DNA of 61,893 nt from a bacterium (GCA_041946805.1 JBHGBC010000015.1:1-61893), one strand, 5' to 3'; numbered from the stretch's first letter, positions 10,261 to 21,150 are shown. Notes: generated by a model not told the origin, from the sequence alone. Made by a program: numbers and translations.

Positions 10261-10917
10261 TTACTGATTGATTCCCCCGCCGCCGCGCACGGTGATATCC
10301 CCCGCGCTGGTCAGGCCGTTGCTGGATTCATAGGGCAAGGCGCGGTTGGGATCGCCAAAACCCGCATCCAATCCGAGAATCCGGTCCGGCCCGATGCCGA
10401 TCAGGATGTAATCCCCGGTCCGCAGTTCCCGCAATCCGAAGCGGGGGGCGTATTCGGGAAAGAGCGCGCCGATGCCGTGGTCCAGATCGGGATCCGCCGG
10501 ATCGTTGTCCGCGTAGCTGTAGGCGTTGATTCCCCGCTCGGTCAGATCCTCCGGCAGGAAGGGGTCCAGGGGGATGGAGGCCATATAGCTGACCGGGCTG
10601 GTCAAGGGGGCCAGCAAATCCACCGCCGAGCGGGAGGCTTCGGGGGTGTCCCCCACTCCGTGAAACACCTCCCGCAACCGTTTCCGTCCCCAATCGCGGT
10701 CATCGTCCCACCAATCCACCAGCATGACGTTTTTATCGATCCGCATGGCTTCAATGGCGGTCACCAGGCCGCGCATGTCGGCGTAGCCGCGCGCGGTCTT
10801 GGCGCGGATTTGGGCGTTGAGAAAGTTGGGCACGGCGATGGCGGCCAGGATGCCGATGATCGCCACGACGATTAACAGTTCGATCAACGTAAATGAGCGC
10901 CCACGTTGGGTATTCAT
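10261..10917 (-). CDS. Type IV pilin/pseudopilin-like protein (paralogue 2)
   Basis: S|FTLIELLIVVAIIGILAAIAVPNFLNAQIRAK, LTSPVSY..IPLDPF, GIGPD, YESSNGLTSAGDI. Confidence 0.9.
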   Translation of the reverse strand: MNTQRGRSFTLIELLIVVAIIGILAAIAVPNFLNAQIRAKTARGYADMRGLVTAIEAMRIDKNVMLVDWWDDDRDWGRKRLREVFHGVGDTPEASRSAVDLLAPLTSPVSYMASIPLDPFLPEDLTERGINAYSYADNDPADPDLDHGIGALFPEYAPRFGLRELRTGDYILIGIGPDRILGLDAGFGDPNRALPYESSNGLTSAGDITVRGGGGINQ

Positions 10918-11147
10918 CCGCCTGCCATCTCCACTCGGTCCTGCCCTGGATTTTTGATACCCACTGAATCGATAAATACGAAATAAAATTAATTCGAATA
11001 TTGGATAGAATAAATGATTCGTGTCATTTGATACAAGAGAGGAGAGGGAGAAGCGTGGAAAGATTTCCTGATCACGGGATGGTTTGAAGGGAAGGTATTC
11101 CCCCCTCCCCCCGGGAGCCGTGTCAGCGCCGTGGCCCCCTGGCTTGT

Positions 11148-11747
11148 TTAGGGCATGCCGAAATCCACCTTGGGCGTTCCCGGAACGTAACGCCGGATGA
11201 TGCCGATGCTGTAGAGGCCGTTGGAGGGCTCGTAGGGGTGCCAGTCGGTGGTGCTGGCGCCCTTGTAGGTGCTGGTCGGCCCCAGCCCGATGATCACGCC
11301 GATGGCTTGCCGGCGAAAACCGAAATCGGCGTTGATTTTGGGATCGAAATATTCAGGGGCTAAACCCGACCAATAACGTTTGTCATAGGGATCCCAATGG
11401 TGCTGTTGTTTGGTTAGGCTCAACCGGCCGTCCACGGTGAACAGGCTTTTCGCGTCGGGAATCTGTTGAAAGGGATCGAACATAAAACTGCTGAGATAAG
11501 CGACCGGCGTGGTCAGCCAGCAGTTCTGATTGACTTCGTGTGAGTGGGGCGGATTGTCGTTGGCGTCCAGCGAGTATTGTAGAATGGCCAGTTCCATGGT
11601 GCGTTGGTCGGACATGGAACGGGACACCTTGGCGCGCACCTGGGCGTTCAAGAAGTTGGGCACCGCGATCGCGGCCAGGATGCCGATGATCGCCACCACG
11701 ATCAAGAGTTCGATGAGTGTAAATGAATGATCGCGTGCTGTTTTCAT
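11148..11747 (-). CDS. Type IV pilin/pseudopilin-like protein (paralogue 3)
   Basis: AGGAGG RBS before ATG 11747; S|FTLIELLIVV..., LTTPVAY...DPF, YEPSNGLYSIG. Confidence 0.9.
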   Translation of the reverse strand: MKTARDHSFTLIELLIVVAIIGILAAIAVPNFLNAQVRAKVSRSMSDQRTMELAILQYSLDANDNPPHSHEVNQNCWLTTPVAYLSSFMFDPFQQIPDAKSLFTVDGRLSLTKQQHHWDPYDKRYWSGLAPEYFDPKINADFGFRRQAIGVIIGLGPTSTYKGASTTDWHPYEPSNGLYSIGIIRRYVPGTPKVDFGMP

Positions 11748-12111
11748 CCAACCACCTCCTCGTTGTTGTTTTATATTGGCCGATATCTCCTGGCAGGAAT
11801 TCGAACACCCCAATAATAGCTCATACAACCGATAGAATAACGGAAAGTGGGAGGTGAAGACAAGAGAGGTGGCGGGAATCGCCGCCTGTCCTACACGGTA
11901 GAACAACCATTCTCCTACTCTTCCCCCCGAACTTAAAAGAACCTCAATGACGAAAAGGACACAAGGGACGGGCGGGCTGGGAGTCCGCCATGTTGTTCAG
12001 CTTTCTCCCTGTTTCAAGAGCCGATCCCATATTGATTCATGCCGGATTTTCTGGGATAACAGAATACCTGAGAAATGTGTATCCAGGTTATGAATCAAAG
12101 GGAGAAAAATC

Positions 12112-14370
12112 ATGCGTCACGCCCCCATCGCACGTTCCTGGTTGTTGGATATCCAAGTCAGAACAATCCTGCCCGGGCTTTTGATGGCCATGCTGGCATG
12201 GGGCGGGGTCCTCACCGCCGCGGGGGAAACCATTAACCTGGAGAGCCGGTTCTTGCGGGCGGCGGTCGATTCCGAAACCGGGAACTGGTCGCTTTGGGAT
12301 AAACAATCCGGCGTATCCTGGCCGGGGGAGGGAAACGCGATTCCGGGAAAGATTGGGGGAATCGTGCCGGAGTTCCATCAGGTCAAGCGCTCATCCCGGG
12401 CGGCGCGTTTCGAGACGGACCAGGGATTCGGCGTGACCTACGCGCTCACCGATGGGGGGCGCGCGTTGGAGATCGAGTTCGATGGGGAGATTCCGGAAGA
12501 GGGCATTCAATTTCTGGGGGACGCCTTGACGGTCCAGGGCAACGAGAAAGGCGCGGTGATCGTGCCCAGCCGGGAGGGATTGCTGATCCCGGCGAATAGC
12601 GGCGTGGCGTTCCAGCGGGAATTCGGGACATCGGATTATGAAGGCTGCCACATGAACATGCTGGGCTTTCTCAAAAGCGGGGCCGCGCTGGTGATAACCT
12701 GGGATGACGCTTATACGTGGCCGCTGGTGGAGAGCATCCTGCCGGAGAGTCCGAATCCGTTCCAGCGGCTCGTCACCACCGTGGCGCTGCGGAAATCGGC
12801 GCGGTCCGTCAAGTTGGTTCCCTTGGGGAAGGGCGATTGGAACACAGTGGCCGAGAGGTACCGGGAGATCGCGGAGAAGAAAGGCTTGGCCCAAACCCTG
12901 CGCGCGAAGATCCGCCGCAACCGGCATGAAGAGTTGTTGGTGGGGGCGACCAACGTGAAACTATGGATGTGCCTGGCGCGGCGGATGAACGAGGAAAGCA
13001 CCAAGGAGGAGAGCGTCGAGGTGAACTGGACGTTCGACGAAGCCGCGGCGGTGGCCGAACATATCGCCAAGGATGTGGGGATCGGCCGCTGCCTCTTCAC
13101 GCTAGGCGGATGGACCGAAGGGGGATACGACTGCCGGCATCCGGACGCCTTGCCGGCCAATCCGGAGTGCGGCGGCGACGCGGCCCTCCAAAACGCCGTG
13201 CAACGCATCCAGGCCTTGGGCTACGCCGCCTGCCTGCATGACAACTACCAGGACATGTACCGCGACGCGAAGAGCTGGGATCCCGCGTACATCGAAAAGC
13301 GGGCCGATGGTTCCCTGATCACCGGGGGGCGGTGGATGGGCGGCCGGGCGTACATGGTGTGCGCGCCCAAGCAGGTGGAGCTGGCCATGCGGCCGCAGAA
13401 CCTGCCCGCCATCCAGGAACTGTTCAAGCCATGGGTGTTCTTTATCGATACGACTTACGCCGTGGGGCCCCGCGAATGCTTCGATCCCAACCACCCGATC
13501 GGCCGCAACGAGGACATCGCCTGGAAAATTCAGCTGAGTGACAAGTCGCGGAAGATCTTCGGGCTCTTCGGCAGCGAATGCGGGCGGGAATGGGCCTTGC
13601 CGCACAGCGATTTCTTCGAGGGGCTGGTGGGGGTCAGCGGGCAATATTACCACCAATTGAAACCGGCCGAGCTGGGCGCGGTGGTGATTCCCTTCTGGGA
13701 GATGGTCTATCACGATTGCCAGATCTGCTATGGCAAGTACGGCTTCGATTTCCGGCAATCGGCCGAATATGTCGCGCATCATGTCCTGACGGCGCGGCCG
13801 CTGCATTTCCATTCGGTTCCGGAACACAAGTATTGGTTGGAAAAGCCCCGAGAGCAAAAGCCGGGAGGAGCGCCGGCGTGTTATACCCGCACGGATAACG
13901 GCTGGGCCGCGGGCTTCCATCCCTTCGACGTCCTGTTGAAGAACACCCATGAGATTCTCGGGCCGTTGCAGGCCGCGACGGCGTTTCAACGGTTGGAACA
14001 ATTCGAGTTTGTTACACCGGATCGCGCGGTGCGGCGGGCTGTCTATGGCGAGGGGCGTAACCGGACCGAAGTGGTGGTGAACTTCGGATCCGCAGACGCG
14101 GCGGTGCAAACCCAATGGGGCGGCGCGGTTTTGCTGCCGCCATGGGGATTCGTGGTGGAAAGTCCCCGGTTCATCGCCTTCCACGCGAAGCGTTGGAACG
14201 GGGCCGAATATCCGGACGGCGCGCTGTTCACGCTGCGGGTGGAAAAAGGCCGCGATTTCGAGCATGCCCGCGGCCTGCGCATTTTCCATGGTTTCGGCGA
14301 TTCGGAGCTCCGGTGGAAAGACGCAACCTGGGACGTGCCGCGGGAAGAGGTGGTAACGGTGGGTTCTTGA
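12112..14370 (+). CDS. Secreted glycoside hydrolase, DUF5696/GH129-like
   Basis: Signal peptide; GGW..GGYD.RHPD, LHDNYQD, FIDTT, GSECG.EWA, IPFWEMVYHDC motifs. Confidence 0.7.
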   Translation: MRHAPIARSWLLDIQVRTILPGLLMAMLAWGGVLTAAGETINLESRFLRAAVDSETGNWSLWDKQSGVSWPGEGNAIPGKIGGIVPEFHQVKRSSRAARFETDQGFGVTYALTDGGRALEIEFDGEIPEEGIQFLGDALTVQGNEKGAVIVPSREGLLIPANSGVAFQREFGTSDYEGCHMNMLGFLKSGAALVITWDDAYTWPLVESILPESPNPFQRLVTTVALRKSARSVKLVPLGKGDWNTVAERYREIAEKKGLAQTLRAKIRRNRHEELLVGATNVKLWMCLARRMNEESTKEESVEVNWTFDEAAAVAEHIAKDVGIGRCLFTLGGWTEGGYDCRHPDALPANPECGGDAALQNAVQRIQALGYAACLHDNYQDMYRDAKSWDPAYIEKRADGSLITGGRWMGGRAYMVCAPKQVELAMRPQNLPAIQELFKPWVFFIDTTYAVGPRECFDPNHPIGRNEDIAWKIQLSDKSRKIFGLFGSECGREWALPHSDFFEGLVGVSGQYYHQLKPAELGAVVIPFWEMVYHDCQICYGKYGFDFRQSAEYVAHHVLTARPLHFHSVPEHKYWLEKPREQKPGGAPACYTRTDNGWAAGFHPFDVLLKNTHEILGPLQAATAFQRLEQFEFVTPDRAVRRAVYGEGRNRTEVVVNFGSADAAVQTQWGGAVLLPPWGFVVESPRFIAFHAKRWNGAEYPDGALFTLRVEKGRDFEHARGLRIFHGFGDSELRWKDATWDVPREEVVTVGS

Positions 14371-14393
14371 TATGAGTTGATGATTCCCACATG

Positions 14394-14652
14394 CGCCGGG
14401 GCACGTGGCAACGTGCCCCGGCGTTTAACGAAAACACCCCCTCCCTTTCTCCGCCGGCCTACGGGGAACCATTTCCATCCCCGAAGGGGATTCATGTGAG
14501 TAGCCGTAGGTTTTAACCTACGGAATGCGATGGATTACGCGCTAATCTATAACTACGATCAATTACCTAACTTCACCCGATCTTCGGGGGAGGTAATGCA
14601 GGCAGGAAGCCTGCACCACAAATTCTCTCACCCTGGCCCAGAGGGAGAGGGG
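14394..14652. repeat. Cluster of REP-like palindromes between convergent genes
   Basis: 13-bp stem CGCCGGGGCACGT-GGCA-ACGTGCCCCGGCG (14394-14423), CCGTAGGTT-TT-AACCTACGG (14504-14523), TGCAGGCAGGAAGCCTGCACCAC (from 14597), and a truncated CTCACCCTGGCCCAGAGGGAGAGGG. Confidence 0.7.
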
Positions 14653-14669
14653 AAAAAAAGGTCAATTGC

Positions 14670-17600
14670 TTACGCGATTACTTCATACTTCCCCGTCGCG
14701 GTGAAGAAGAATCCCTTTTCGACGACCGGTTCCGAGACGATCCGTTCCCAGACGGATGCGTAGAGGTCCAGTTGTGGGCGGTATTTTTCGATCAACCGGG
14801 AGGTGTTTTTGAGCGCCGCCTGGTCGGTTTTGTAATCGACCAGCACCCAGCCGTTGGGCTCCCGGAACACCAGGTCGATCGCTCCCCGCAACACGGTGGG
14901 GATATCCGCGTCATCCTGGCGGACGCACAGGGGAACTTCCACCAAGCAGGGATTTCCGGCGCGCGCGCGTTGCCAGATGCCGGAGGCCAAGACGGCGGCG
15001 GCCGACTCCAACATGGGTTCCCGCCAATCCCGGGGCAGATCGTGTTCATCAAGAAGATAGGCAGTCCAATCATCCACATTTGAACCGGGACTCTGCATCA
15101 GGATTTGCAGCAGCGTGTGGACGATTTCGCCCCATTCCGTCCCCAGGGTGCGGCCCGGCCCGCCCGCCGGGATGGAATCCAACACGGATTGTTTCATCGC
15201 CACCGTCTGGCGGGCCGGGCGGGACAGTTCGTGCCGCAGCGTCTGGATGAGTTCCATCCGTGTCTTGAGGGAAGAAATATCAAAGGGCTTTTCTTCCGGC
15301 ATCACGGGCGCGAGGGATCCCGGATCGGGCAGCGTGGGAAAGCCGGCGAGATGATCGTGAAAGCATTGCCAGGGATTTTGCTGATTCGATTTGGTCCGTT
15401 GCGAGATGATCAACTGCCGGCCCGCGCGGGTGGCGGCGACATAGAGCAATCGCGTTTGTTCAGCCTTGTGAAATGCCTCCTCGATTTGCGCGTATTTTTC
15501 CCACTCCAGAGGTTTACCTAGCACATTGTATCCATGACCGTACACGGTGGCTTCGAAAATACAGGCGTACCCCCTTGCGCGGCCGCCCGACCGGTCGATA
15601 TGCATTTCCACATCGTGTTTCGAATCGCCCGTGGGATCGGCGAGAAAGACGATGGGGGCTTCCAGGCCTTTGACCTTATGCAAATTCATGACGCGGACGA
15701 CGCGGCCCGGCGCGGGAGTGGCGGGCAGGCCGTCGAATGATTCTTCGGCATCGATGATCCGCCGCAGATACGCAGCCGGTTTCTGGATGCCGCCGGCCTC
15801 GCATCCCGCTGTCCGGAGTAATTCGATGGCCTTCCCCAGGCTGCCGCATTCGACATTGGCCCCGGGCATGGCGCCGGCCAGGGCGAACAGGCCCAGGTCT
15901 TCCGCGATGTGTTCGAGGGCGGCCGCGGGAGGGAGGCTTTGGAGCCATTTGGCATATTGCTTGAGCCGGCCGAACGCGCCGCGAATCGGTGTGAAATCGG
16001 CCGTGTCACTTTCGGCAACGGGGCGGCGGTAGTGGAAGACGCCGCCCGCGCGCTTGAACTCATACAACAGCGGATCGCTCACGCCGAAGAGTTCACTGCG
16101 CAGCACGCTGACCAGGGGGATGGGATCATCCGGCCGCGCGATGGCTTCCAGGACGCGATGCAACAACCGCAGGGGCAGGTTCTGGTTGAGCGTGGTTCCG
16201 CCGGTCACTTGGTGAGGGATGCCATGCGCCTGCAGGGCCGCGGCGTATGCGGTCAGGTTTTGGGTTTTGTACGTGACGATGAGAAAGTCGCCGGGAACTG
16301 CCTTTCCCTCATCGACCGCCTGCCGGATATGCCGCGCGATGAAATCGGTTTCAAATTTCAGGCATAGCTCCTTGTTTTTCATTTCCTCGGGATGGAGCAG
16401 AATTTGAACGGGATTAGTCAAATTTTGATCATCGGCTGATTTGCCCGGCTGCAGGGGTATGTAGACGGGCGAATAATCGCCGGCCTGGTTGGGAAATTTA
16501 TCAACAAAAACCCGGTTCACCCAGTCCAGGATGGGGGGCGTCGTGCGGAAGTTGGCGTAGAGCTGGACTACCCGGCCGCCGGTGTCCGCGATGACGCGCT
16601 TGACCTGGTTGTAGGTAACGATGTCCGCGCGCCGGAAACGGTAGATGGATTGCTTGGGATCGCCCACCACGAAAAGCGATCCCGGGCGGGGGACGCATTT
16701 CCGCCAATCGGATTCATGGGGATCCGTGGCGGTGAGCAGGAGCATGACCTCGGCCTGGATGGGATCGGTGTCCTGGAATTCATCGACCAGCAGATGCGTG
16801 CAGCGGCGGCTGAAGTATTCGCGCACGGCGGGATGGCGGCGCAGCAGGCGGGCGGTTTTCATCAACAGGTCCTGGAAATTCAGCTGTCCCAATTCCTGCT
16901 TGCGTTGCTCGTACAATTCGAGCGCCGGCCGGATGAGCCGCATGATCGCCGCGTACCGCCGCGCGTGCCAGAGTTCCAGCAGCGGGGCCGCGGTGGCGGC
17001 CGCGAATTCATTCCACCGCTCCAGTTCAGCGAGCGCCTGTTCTTTTTTCTCCGGCCAGTTTTTATGGACTGTCTGCTTGGGAGTCATTGCTTTGAACAAG
17101 GCCAGAATTTCCATCACTTCCGATACCTCGCCGGGGGTGGCTTGCCGCCACAGGCGGGGGATTTTTTTGTAGTGCGGGATCAGTTTGTCATTTCCGGAGT
17201 CGGCGGGCAGGGTGGGGAGCAGTTTTTCCATATGCGCCACGTACGCGCGGAGGGCCGCCACGGCGGGTGTCGGATCGGGAAGCGGGACATCCGGCGCGGG
17301 CCATTCCTCCACGTCCGGGTATTCGGCCAGGCGCATAAATGTTGCGCGCAATTGCCGGATTTCCAGGCCCCGTTCGCGCAGCGTGGCGAGGCGGGGATCT
17401 CCGCGGGTGTAAAGGCGGGCGGCATATTCTTCCCATACCTCCTGGCGCAGGAGGGAGTCGGCGGGCTCGTCGATTTCCTCGAAGGCGGTATCCACTTCCG
17501 CTTCCACGGGACGTTCGCGCAGCAGCCGCCCGCAGAACGAGTGAATGGTTCCGATGAAGCCGTGTTCGATTTTTTCCAGCGCCTCCTGGAACCGCTGGCG

Positions 17601-17879
17601 GCGTGGGCCGTCCGCCTCGCGCGCCGCCTTTTCCAGGCCGATCTGAAATTTCGAGCGCAATTCGCCCGCCGCCTTGCGGGTGAAGGTGATCGCCGCCAGG
17701 GTTTCGACGCCGCATTTCCCCACGCCCAGCAATTCGACCATGCGGCCGATGAGGCTTGTGGTCTTGCCGGTGCCCGCCGCGGCTTCCACCAGAAGGTTGG
17801 TGTCCAAGGCGGTGCGGATCAAGTCCCGTTGCGCCTGGTCGGGGGGCAGACTATTCGTTGAATTATTGGGATGATCCAT
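14670..17879 (-). CDS. addA: ATP-dependent helicase/nuclease subunit A (UvrD-type with C-terminal PD-(D/E)XK nuclease)
   Basis: Walker A AAAGTGKT, TFTRKAA, TIHSF, DEFQD, VGDPKQSIYRFR, HKVKGLE, RLLYVAATRA, nuclease GAIDLV..VDYKT. Confidence 0.88.
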   Translation of the reverse strand: MDHPNNSTNSLPPDQAQRDLIRTALDTNLLVEAAAGTGKTTSLIGRMVELLGVGKCGVETLAAITFTRKAAGELRSKFQIGLEKAAREADGPRRQRFQEALEKIEHGFIGTIHSFCGRLLRERPVEAEVDTAFEEIDEPADSLLRQEVWEEYAARLYTRGDPRLATLRERGLEIRQLRATFMRLAEYPDVEEWPAPDVPLPDPTPAVAALRAYVAHMEKLLPTLPADSGNDKLIPHYKKIPRLWRQATPGEVSEVMEILALFKAMTPKQTVHKNWPEKKEQALAELERWNEFAAATAAPLLELWHARRYAAIMRLIRPALELYEQRKQELGQLNFQDLLMKTARLLRRHPAVREYFSRRCTHLLVDEFQDTDPIQAEVMLLLTATDPHESDWRKCVPRPGSLFVVGDPKQSIYRFRRADIVTYNQVKRVIADTGGRVVQLYANFRTTPPILDWVNRVFVDKFPNQAGDYSPVYIPLQPGKSADDQNLTNPVQILLHPEEMKNKELCLKFETDFIARHIRQAVDEGKAVPGDFLIVTYKTQNLTAYAAALQAHGIPHQVTGGTTLNQNLPLRLLHRVLEAIARPDDPIPLVSVLRSELFGVSDPLLYEFKRAGGVFHYRRPVAESDTADFTPIRGAFGRLKQYAKWLQSLPPAAALEHIAEDLGLFALAGAMPGANVECGSLGKAIELLRTAGCEAGGIQKPAAYLRRIIDAEESFDGLPATPAPGRVVRVMNLHKVKGLEAPIVFLADPTGDSKHDVEMHIDRSGGRARGYACIFEATVYGHGYNVLGKPLEWEKYAQIEEAFHKAEQTRLLYVAATRAGRQLIISQRTKSNQQNPWQCFHDHLAGFPTLPDPGSLAPVMPEEKPFDISSLKTRMELIQTLRHELSRPARQTVAMKQSVLDSIPAGGPGRTLGTEWGEIVHTLLQILMQSPGSNVDDWTAYLLDEHDLPRDWREPMLESAAAVLASGIWQRARAGNPCLVEVPLCVRQDDADIPTVLRGAIDLVFREPNGWVLVDYKTDQAALKNTSRLIEKYRPQLDLYASVWERIVSEPVVEKGFFFTATGKYEVIA

Positions 17880-20800
17880 AGCCGCGTAACTCCCGGAACG
17901 GATGCAACCGGTCATTGAGGGGATTGTCCAGTTTTTGTTTGCTGGAAGCCGCGAGGGCGTTCACGTCGCCGCAGATTTCCCGGTAATCGCAAAAGGCGCA
18001 ATCGCTGGGATCGTCTGTGGGTAAAAAGGCGCCCGTCGCAATCAATTCACACAAAGAAAACAACACGTTGCCTCCCGGCGCGAGTTCCGTGGGAGTCCAT
18101 TGCCGGCGCTCGCCCCGTTCCTTGACATTGGGGAAAAAATACCCGAATTGTACTAATTTGGCTTTCCCGGAAATTTCCTGATGGAGCCGTTGCTTGACCA
18201 ACTCCAGGTAGAGTGAATGCTGAATCACCCGCCCCTGTTGGAAGGGATCGGATGACTGGTATTTCCGGGAACTGCCCGTTTTGTAATCCCAGATGGCGTA
18301 AGTATCCGGTTCCGGTCCCTGGATCCGGTCCACGCGGTCGACTTTTCCGCGGACAAGGATCGTGCGGCCGCCGGGCAGGGTCACCGGGACCGGTTCGGTG
18401 GTGTCCAGGCCGGTGGGCCGGCCGTAATTTTTCATACCGATGGCGGCTTCCAGATAGACGGGTGTGAAGAACCCGGCCTGTTTCTCTTCTTCCTTCAAAA
18501 ATATGCGCGCGGTTCGTTCCAATTGATCGAGTTGGCGTTTGAAGGCGCTTTCGTTGGGCGGGGGAATCGATTGTTGATACTCTTCCACCAATTGGGACAA
18601 TAATTCCCGCAGGCGCGGCCAGTGCGTGTTGAACACGGGCTGCTGGCGAGTTTCGATCAACTCGCGCGCGAAGCGCTCGAACAGCGTATGCAGCAGGGAA
18701 CCGGAGGCCAGCGGATCCAGCCAGCGCTCGGGGTCCATTTCCAGCACATCCGGCGGCTGGATGTTGAGACCGTGGCGGAAAAAGAACCGCAACGGGCATT
18801 GTCCCAGGGTTTCCAGCATCGAGGCGCTGAGGGGTTTGGCTTCCGCCCCGGTGGGGCTGAGATGAATTCCAGCCTCCGGGACACGGCCGTCGAATTCCGT
18901 AAACTCCGAGCCGAGCCGGGCCTCGCGCGCCGCCCAGCCTCGCGCCAGGTGGGGATGCCACTGCCCCACCGCGTGGAACGGGAGATGGCCTTCTTCTCGT
19001 TGTTGGACCGCCGCCATCCACCACTCGCTTTCGTCCAGCGAGGCTTCCGGGCCGGCGGGCGCGAACGATGCGGGCGGCGGCAGCCATTCCATCAGGGTGG
19101 TTTGGTTGCCCTCCGCCTGGCCCGACAGGATCCGGTACGCGGCCAGCACCACCGGGCTGGGGAACATCTCCCGATCATCGTGGACATCGTACGAACAAAA
19201 ACTGAGGACCACCCGGCCCTCGAGCCGGGCCAGCAGGCGGTGGAACGCGTCGAGTTCTTGACGCCGGCGCGACGCGGCCGTGGGAATTTCGGGCGACAAG
19301 CGTTCCCGTTCTGGATCGAGCAGGATGGGATCTTGCCGGCCGCCTCCCGGAAAGCGGCTGTCATCGAGCCCCACGATGAACGTGTACCCCCGGCCGGCAT
19401 GGCCGCCGTGGTGCAGGGACGCCACGTGCAAGCGCCCGCCCTGGGGCATTTGCGCCATCACCGAGAGTTCATCCGGCAGCGTGGCCAGCCAGGTCCGTAC
19501 GTCCAGGACCGGATGGTCACCCGCGAGGGGCAGCCATTCCCGCAGGCGCTCGATGGTTTCCACCAGCCGGCGGCGGGCATGGCGGTCGAATTCGGTGAAC
19601 GCCCGGGCAAAGGTATCCAAAAACCGGCCGGCTTGGGAAAGAACGTCCTCACCCGGCTCATCCGCGCGGGGAGTGATCTCCAGCAGTTCAGTGATGAATT
19701 GTTGCAATCTGGATAAATCGTTCCTTTGCTTTTCCAGCCGGCTCCGGTCCAGCAATTCCCGGTCCTCTTCCATCTCTTCGTTCAACGGCCGTTCCGGATG
19801 GGCCAGACGGATTTCCATAGCCTGGATTTCCTCCCGGATTTTCTCCCTGTACCGTTCTCGTCCAATGCCAATGGGCACGTTTTGCAGCAGCCGGGCGAAT
19901 CCGCATTCATCCATTTCCATTGGTTTGAGGGGAAGCTGGAACAATCCATCCTGGATCATCGAAACCAACGACGATTGCGTAAAATCCTCCTGGATCCACC
20001 GCAACCAGCCTTTGAGCGCCCGCCCGGGCCGCGAATAGCGGACGGGAATCCCTTCCGCGAACGTGGCCTCGAGGGCGTGCCGCTCGCACAGTTCGTAGAT
20101 CCGGGGGATGTAGGTTTCCGCGTCGGTGTAAATCAATTCCACCTGGCCAAAGGGAATTGCATCGGCCTGGCACTGCCGCAGGATGGCCCGGATTTCATTG
20201 ATTTCTCCGATGGCGTGTTGAATCTTCACGCTGCCGTCCCGCAATGGAGGCGGTGCCCCGGCCGGCGCGGAGAGCCAGCGCAGCCGGCCGAGATCGGATT
20301 GCGGCCCGGGAATCGGGGTTCCACTTCGGATGGATTGTTCGACCGGCAACCGCACGATTTGCCCGGCGGGAACCGCCTCGATCACCTCCCGCTCCAGGCC
20401 GGACAGATCCAGATCACCGGGGATCAGGAGGAGCACGTGCGCGGGAAACCGCGGGGGGGATTGCCGGATGCCGTCCCGCGCCAGGCGCAGGATTTCGGCG
20501 TCGTCGGCCAGGGAGTTTTTTTGGCAAAACGCCTGGTATTCCCGCAGCAGGCGGAGGATTTCCGAACCCTTGCCGGCGGTCTCGAAACGGGCGGGATTCA
20601 CGCAGGTCAAGCCCGCGAACCGCAAGGCCATCAGGCTGTTGTATAGGGTTTCGAAGAGTCCCGCGCTGGGCGTGAGCGCGCCCAAGTATCCGCCTTCCGG
20701 GGTCACCGCCTGGTTCCAGATCCGCTCGACGATCAATCCTCCCGCGAAGGGATCCAGCCGCTTCCGGTTCCGGCGCAACAACTCCGGTTCGGCCAGATCG

Positions 20801-20970
20801 AACGCCAGCCGCCGGAGCGTTTTCGGCCGGACGTTCACCACCGGCGTCCCGGACAAGGCCACGCGGTCCAGCCACTGCTGCCCGGTCCGCAAGGTGGGAA
20901 CCAGCAGCCACTTTTCGCCGAGGCGGTGGGTTTGGCAAATCTGGGCCAAGGTATCAATGAGAATGTTCAT
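17863..20970 (-). CDS. addB: AddB-like inactive helicase plus PD-(D/E)XK nuclease with Fe-S cysteines
   Basis: Overlaps the addA start. LSAS.LE.LGQCP, RGKVDRVD, WDYKTG, CAFCDYREIC (four Cys in total). Confidence 0.82.
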   Translation of the reverse strand: MNILIDTLAQICQTHRLGEKWLLVPTLRTGQQWLDRVALSGTPVVNVRPKTLRRLAFDLAEPELLRRNRKRLDPFAGGLIVERIWNQAVTPEGGYLGALTPSAGLFETLYNSLMALRFAGLTCVNPARFETAGKGSEILRLLREYQAFCQKNSLADDAEILRLARDGIRQSPPRFPAHVLLLIPGDLDLSGLEREVIEAVPAGQIVRLPVEQSIRSGTPIPGPQSDLGRLRWLSAPAGAPPPLRDGSVKIQHAIGEINEIRAILRQCQADAIPFGQVELIYTDAETYIPRIYELCERHALEATFAEGIPVRYSRPGRALKGWLRWIQEDFTQSSLVSMIQDGLFQLPLKPMEMDECGFARLLQNVPIGIGRERYREKIREEIQAMEIRLAHPERPLNEEMEEDRELLDRSRLEKQRNDLSRLQQFITELLEITPRADEPGEDVLSQAGRFLDTFARAFTEFDRHARRRLVETIERLREWLPLAGDHPVLDVRTWLATLPDELSVMAQMPQGGRLHVASLHHGGHAGRGYTFIVGLDDSRFPGGGRQDPILLDPERERLSPEIPTAASRRRQELDAFHRLLARLEGRVVLSFCSYDVHDDREMFPSPVVLAAYRILSGQAEGNQTTLMEWLPPPASFAPAGPEASLDESEWWMAAVQQREEGHLPFHAVGQWHPHLARGWAAREARLGSEFTEFDGRVPEAGIHLSPTGAEAKPLSASMLETLGQCPLRFFFRHGLNIQPPDVLEMDPERWLDPLASGSLLHTLFERFARELIETRQQPVFNTHWPRLRELLSQLVEEYQQSIPPPNESAFKRQLDQLERTARIFLKEEEKQAGFFTPVYLEAAIGMKNYGRPTGLDTTEPVPVTLPGGRTILVRGKVDRVDRIQGPEPDTYAIWDYKTGSSRKYQSSDPFQQGRVIQHSLYLELVKQRLHQEISGKAKLVQFGYFFPNVKERGERRQWTPTELAPGGNVLFSLCELIATGAFLPTDDPSDCAFCDYREICGDVNALAASSKQKLDNPLNDRLHPFRELRGYGSSQ

Positions 20971-21090
20971 GGGTTGGAGTCCTAGATTGAGTCAAAATAA
21001 CATGACCGTTCGGATTTCTAGGTTCGTGGAGCTTCCGCATGGAATGACAAAGCGGCAAAATATGAAATTAATACGGTGATGATCTCTATA

Positions 21091-21150
21091 TGGGGCTACA
21101 GGCGTCCCGCCTGCATCCCAATTTTCTGCAGACAAGATGTCTGCACCACA
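21091..21150. repeat. Pair of REP-like palindromes
   Basis: CAGGCGTCCCGCCTGCA and TGCAGACAAGATGTCTGCACCAC; the latter resembles 14597-14620. Confidence 0.55.
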
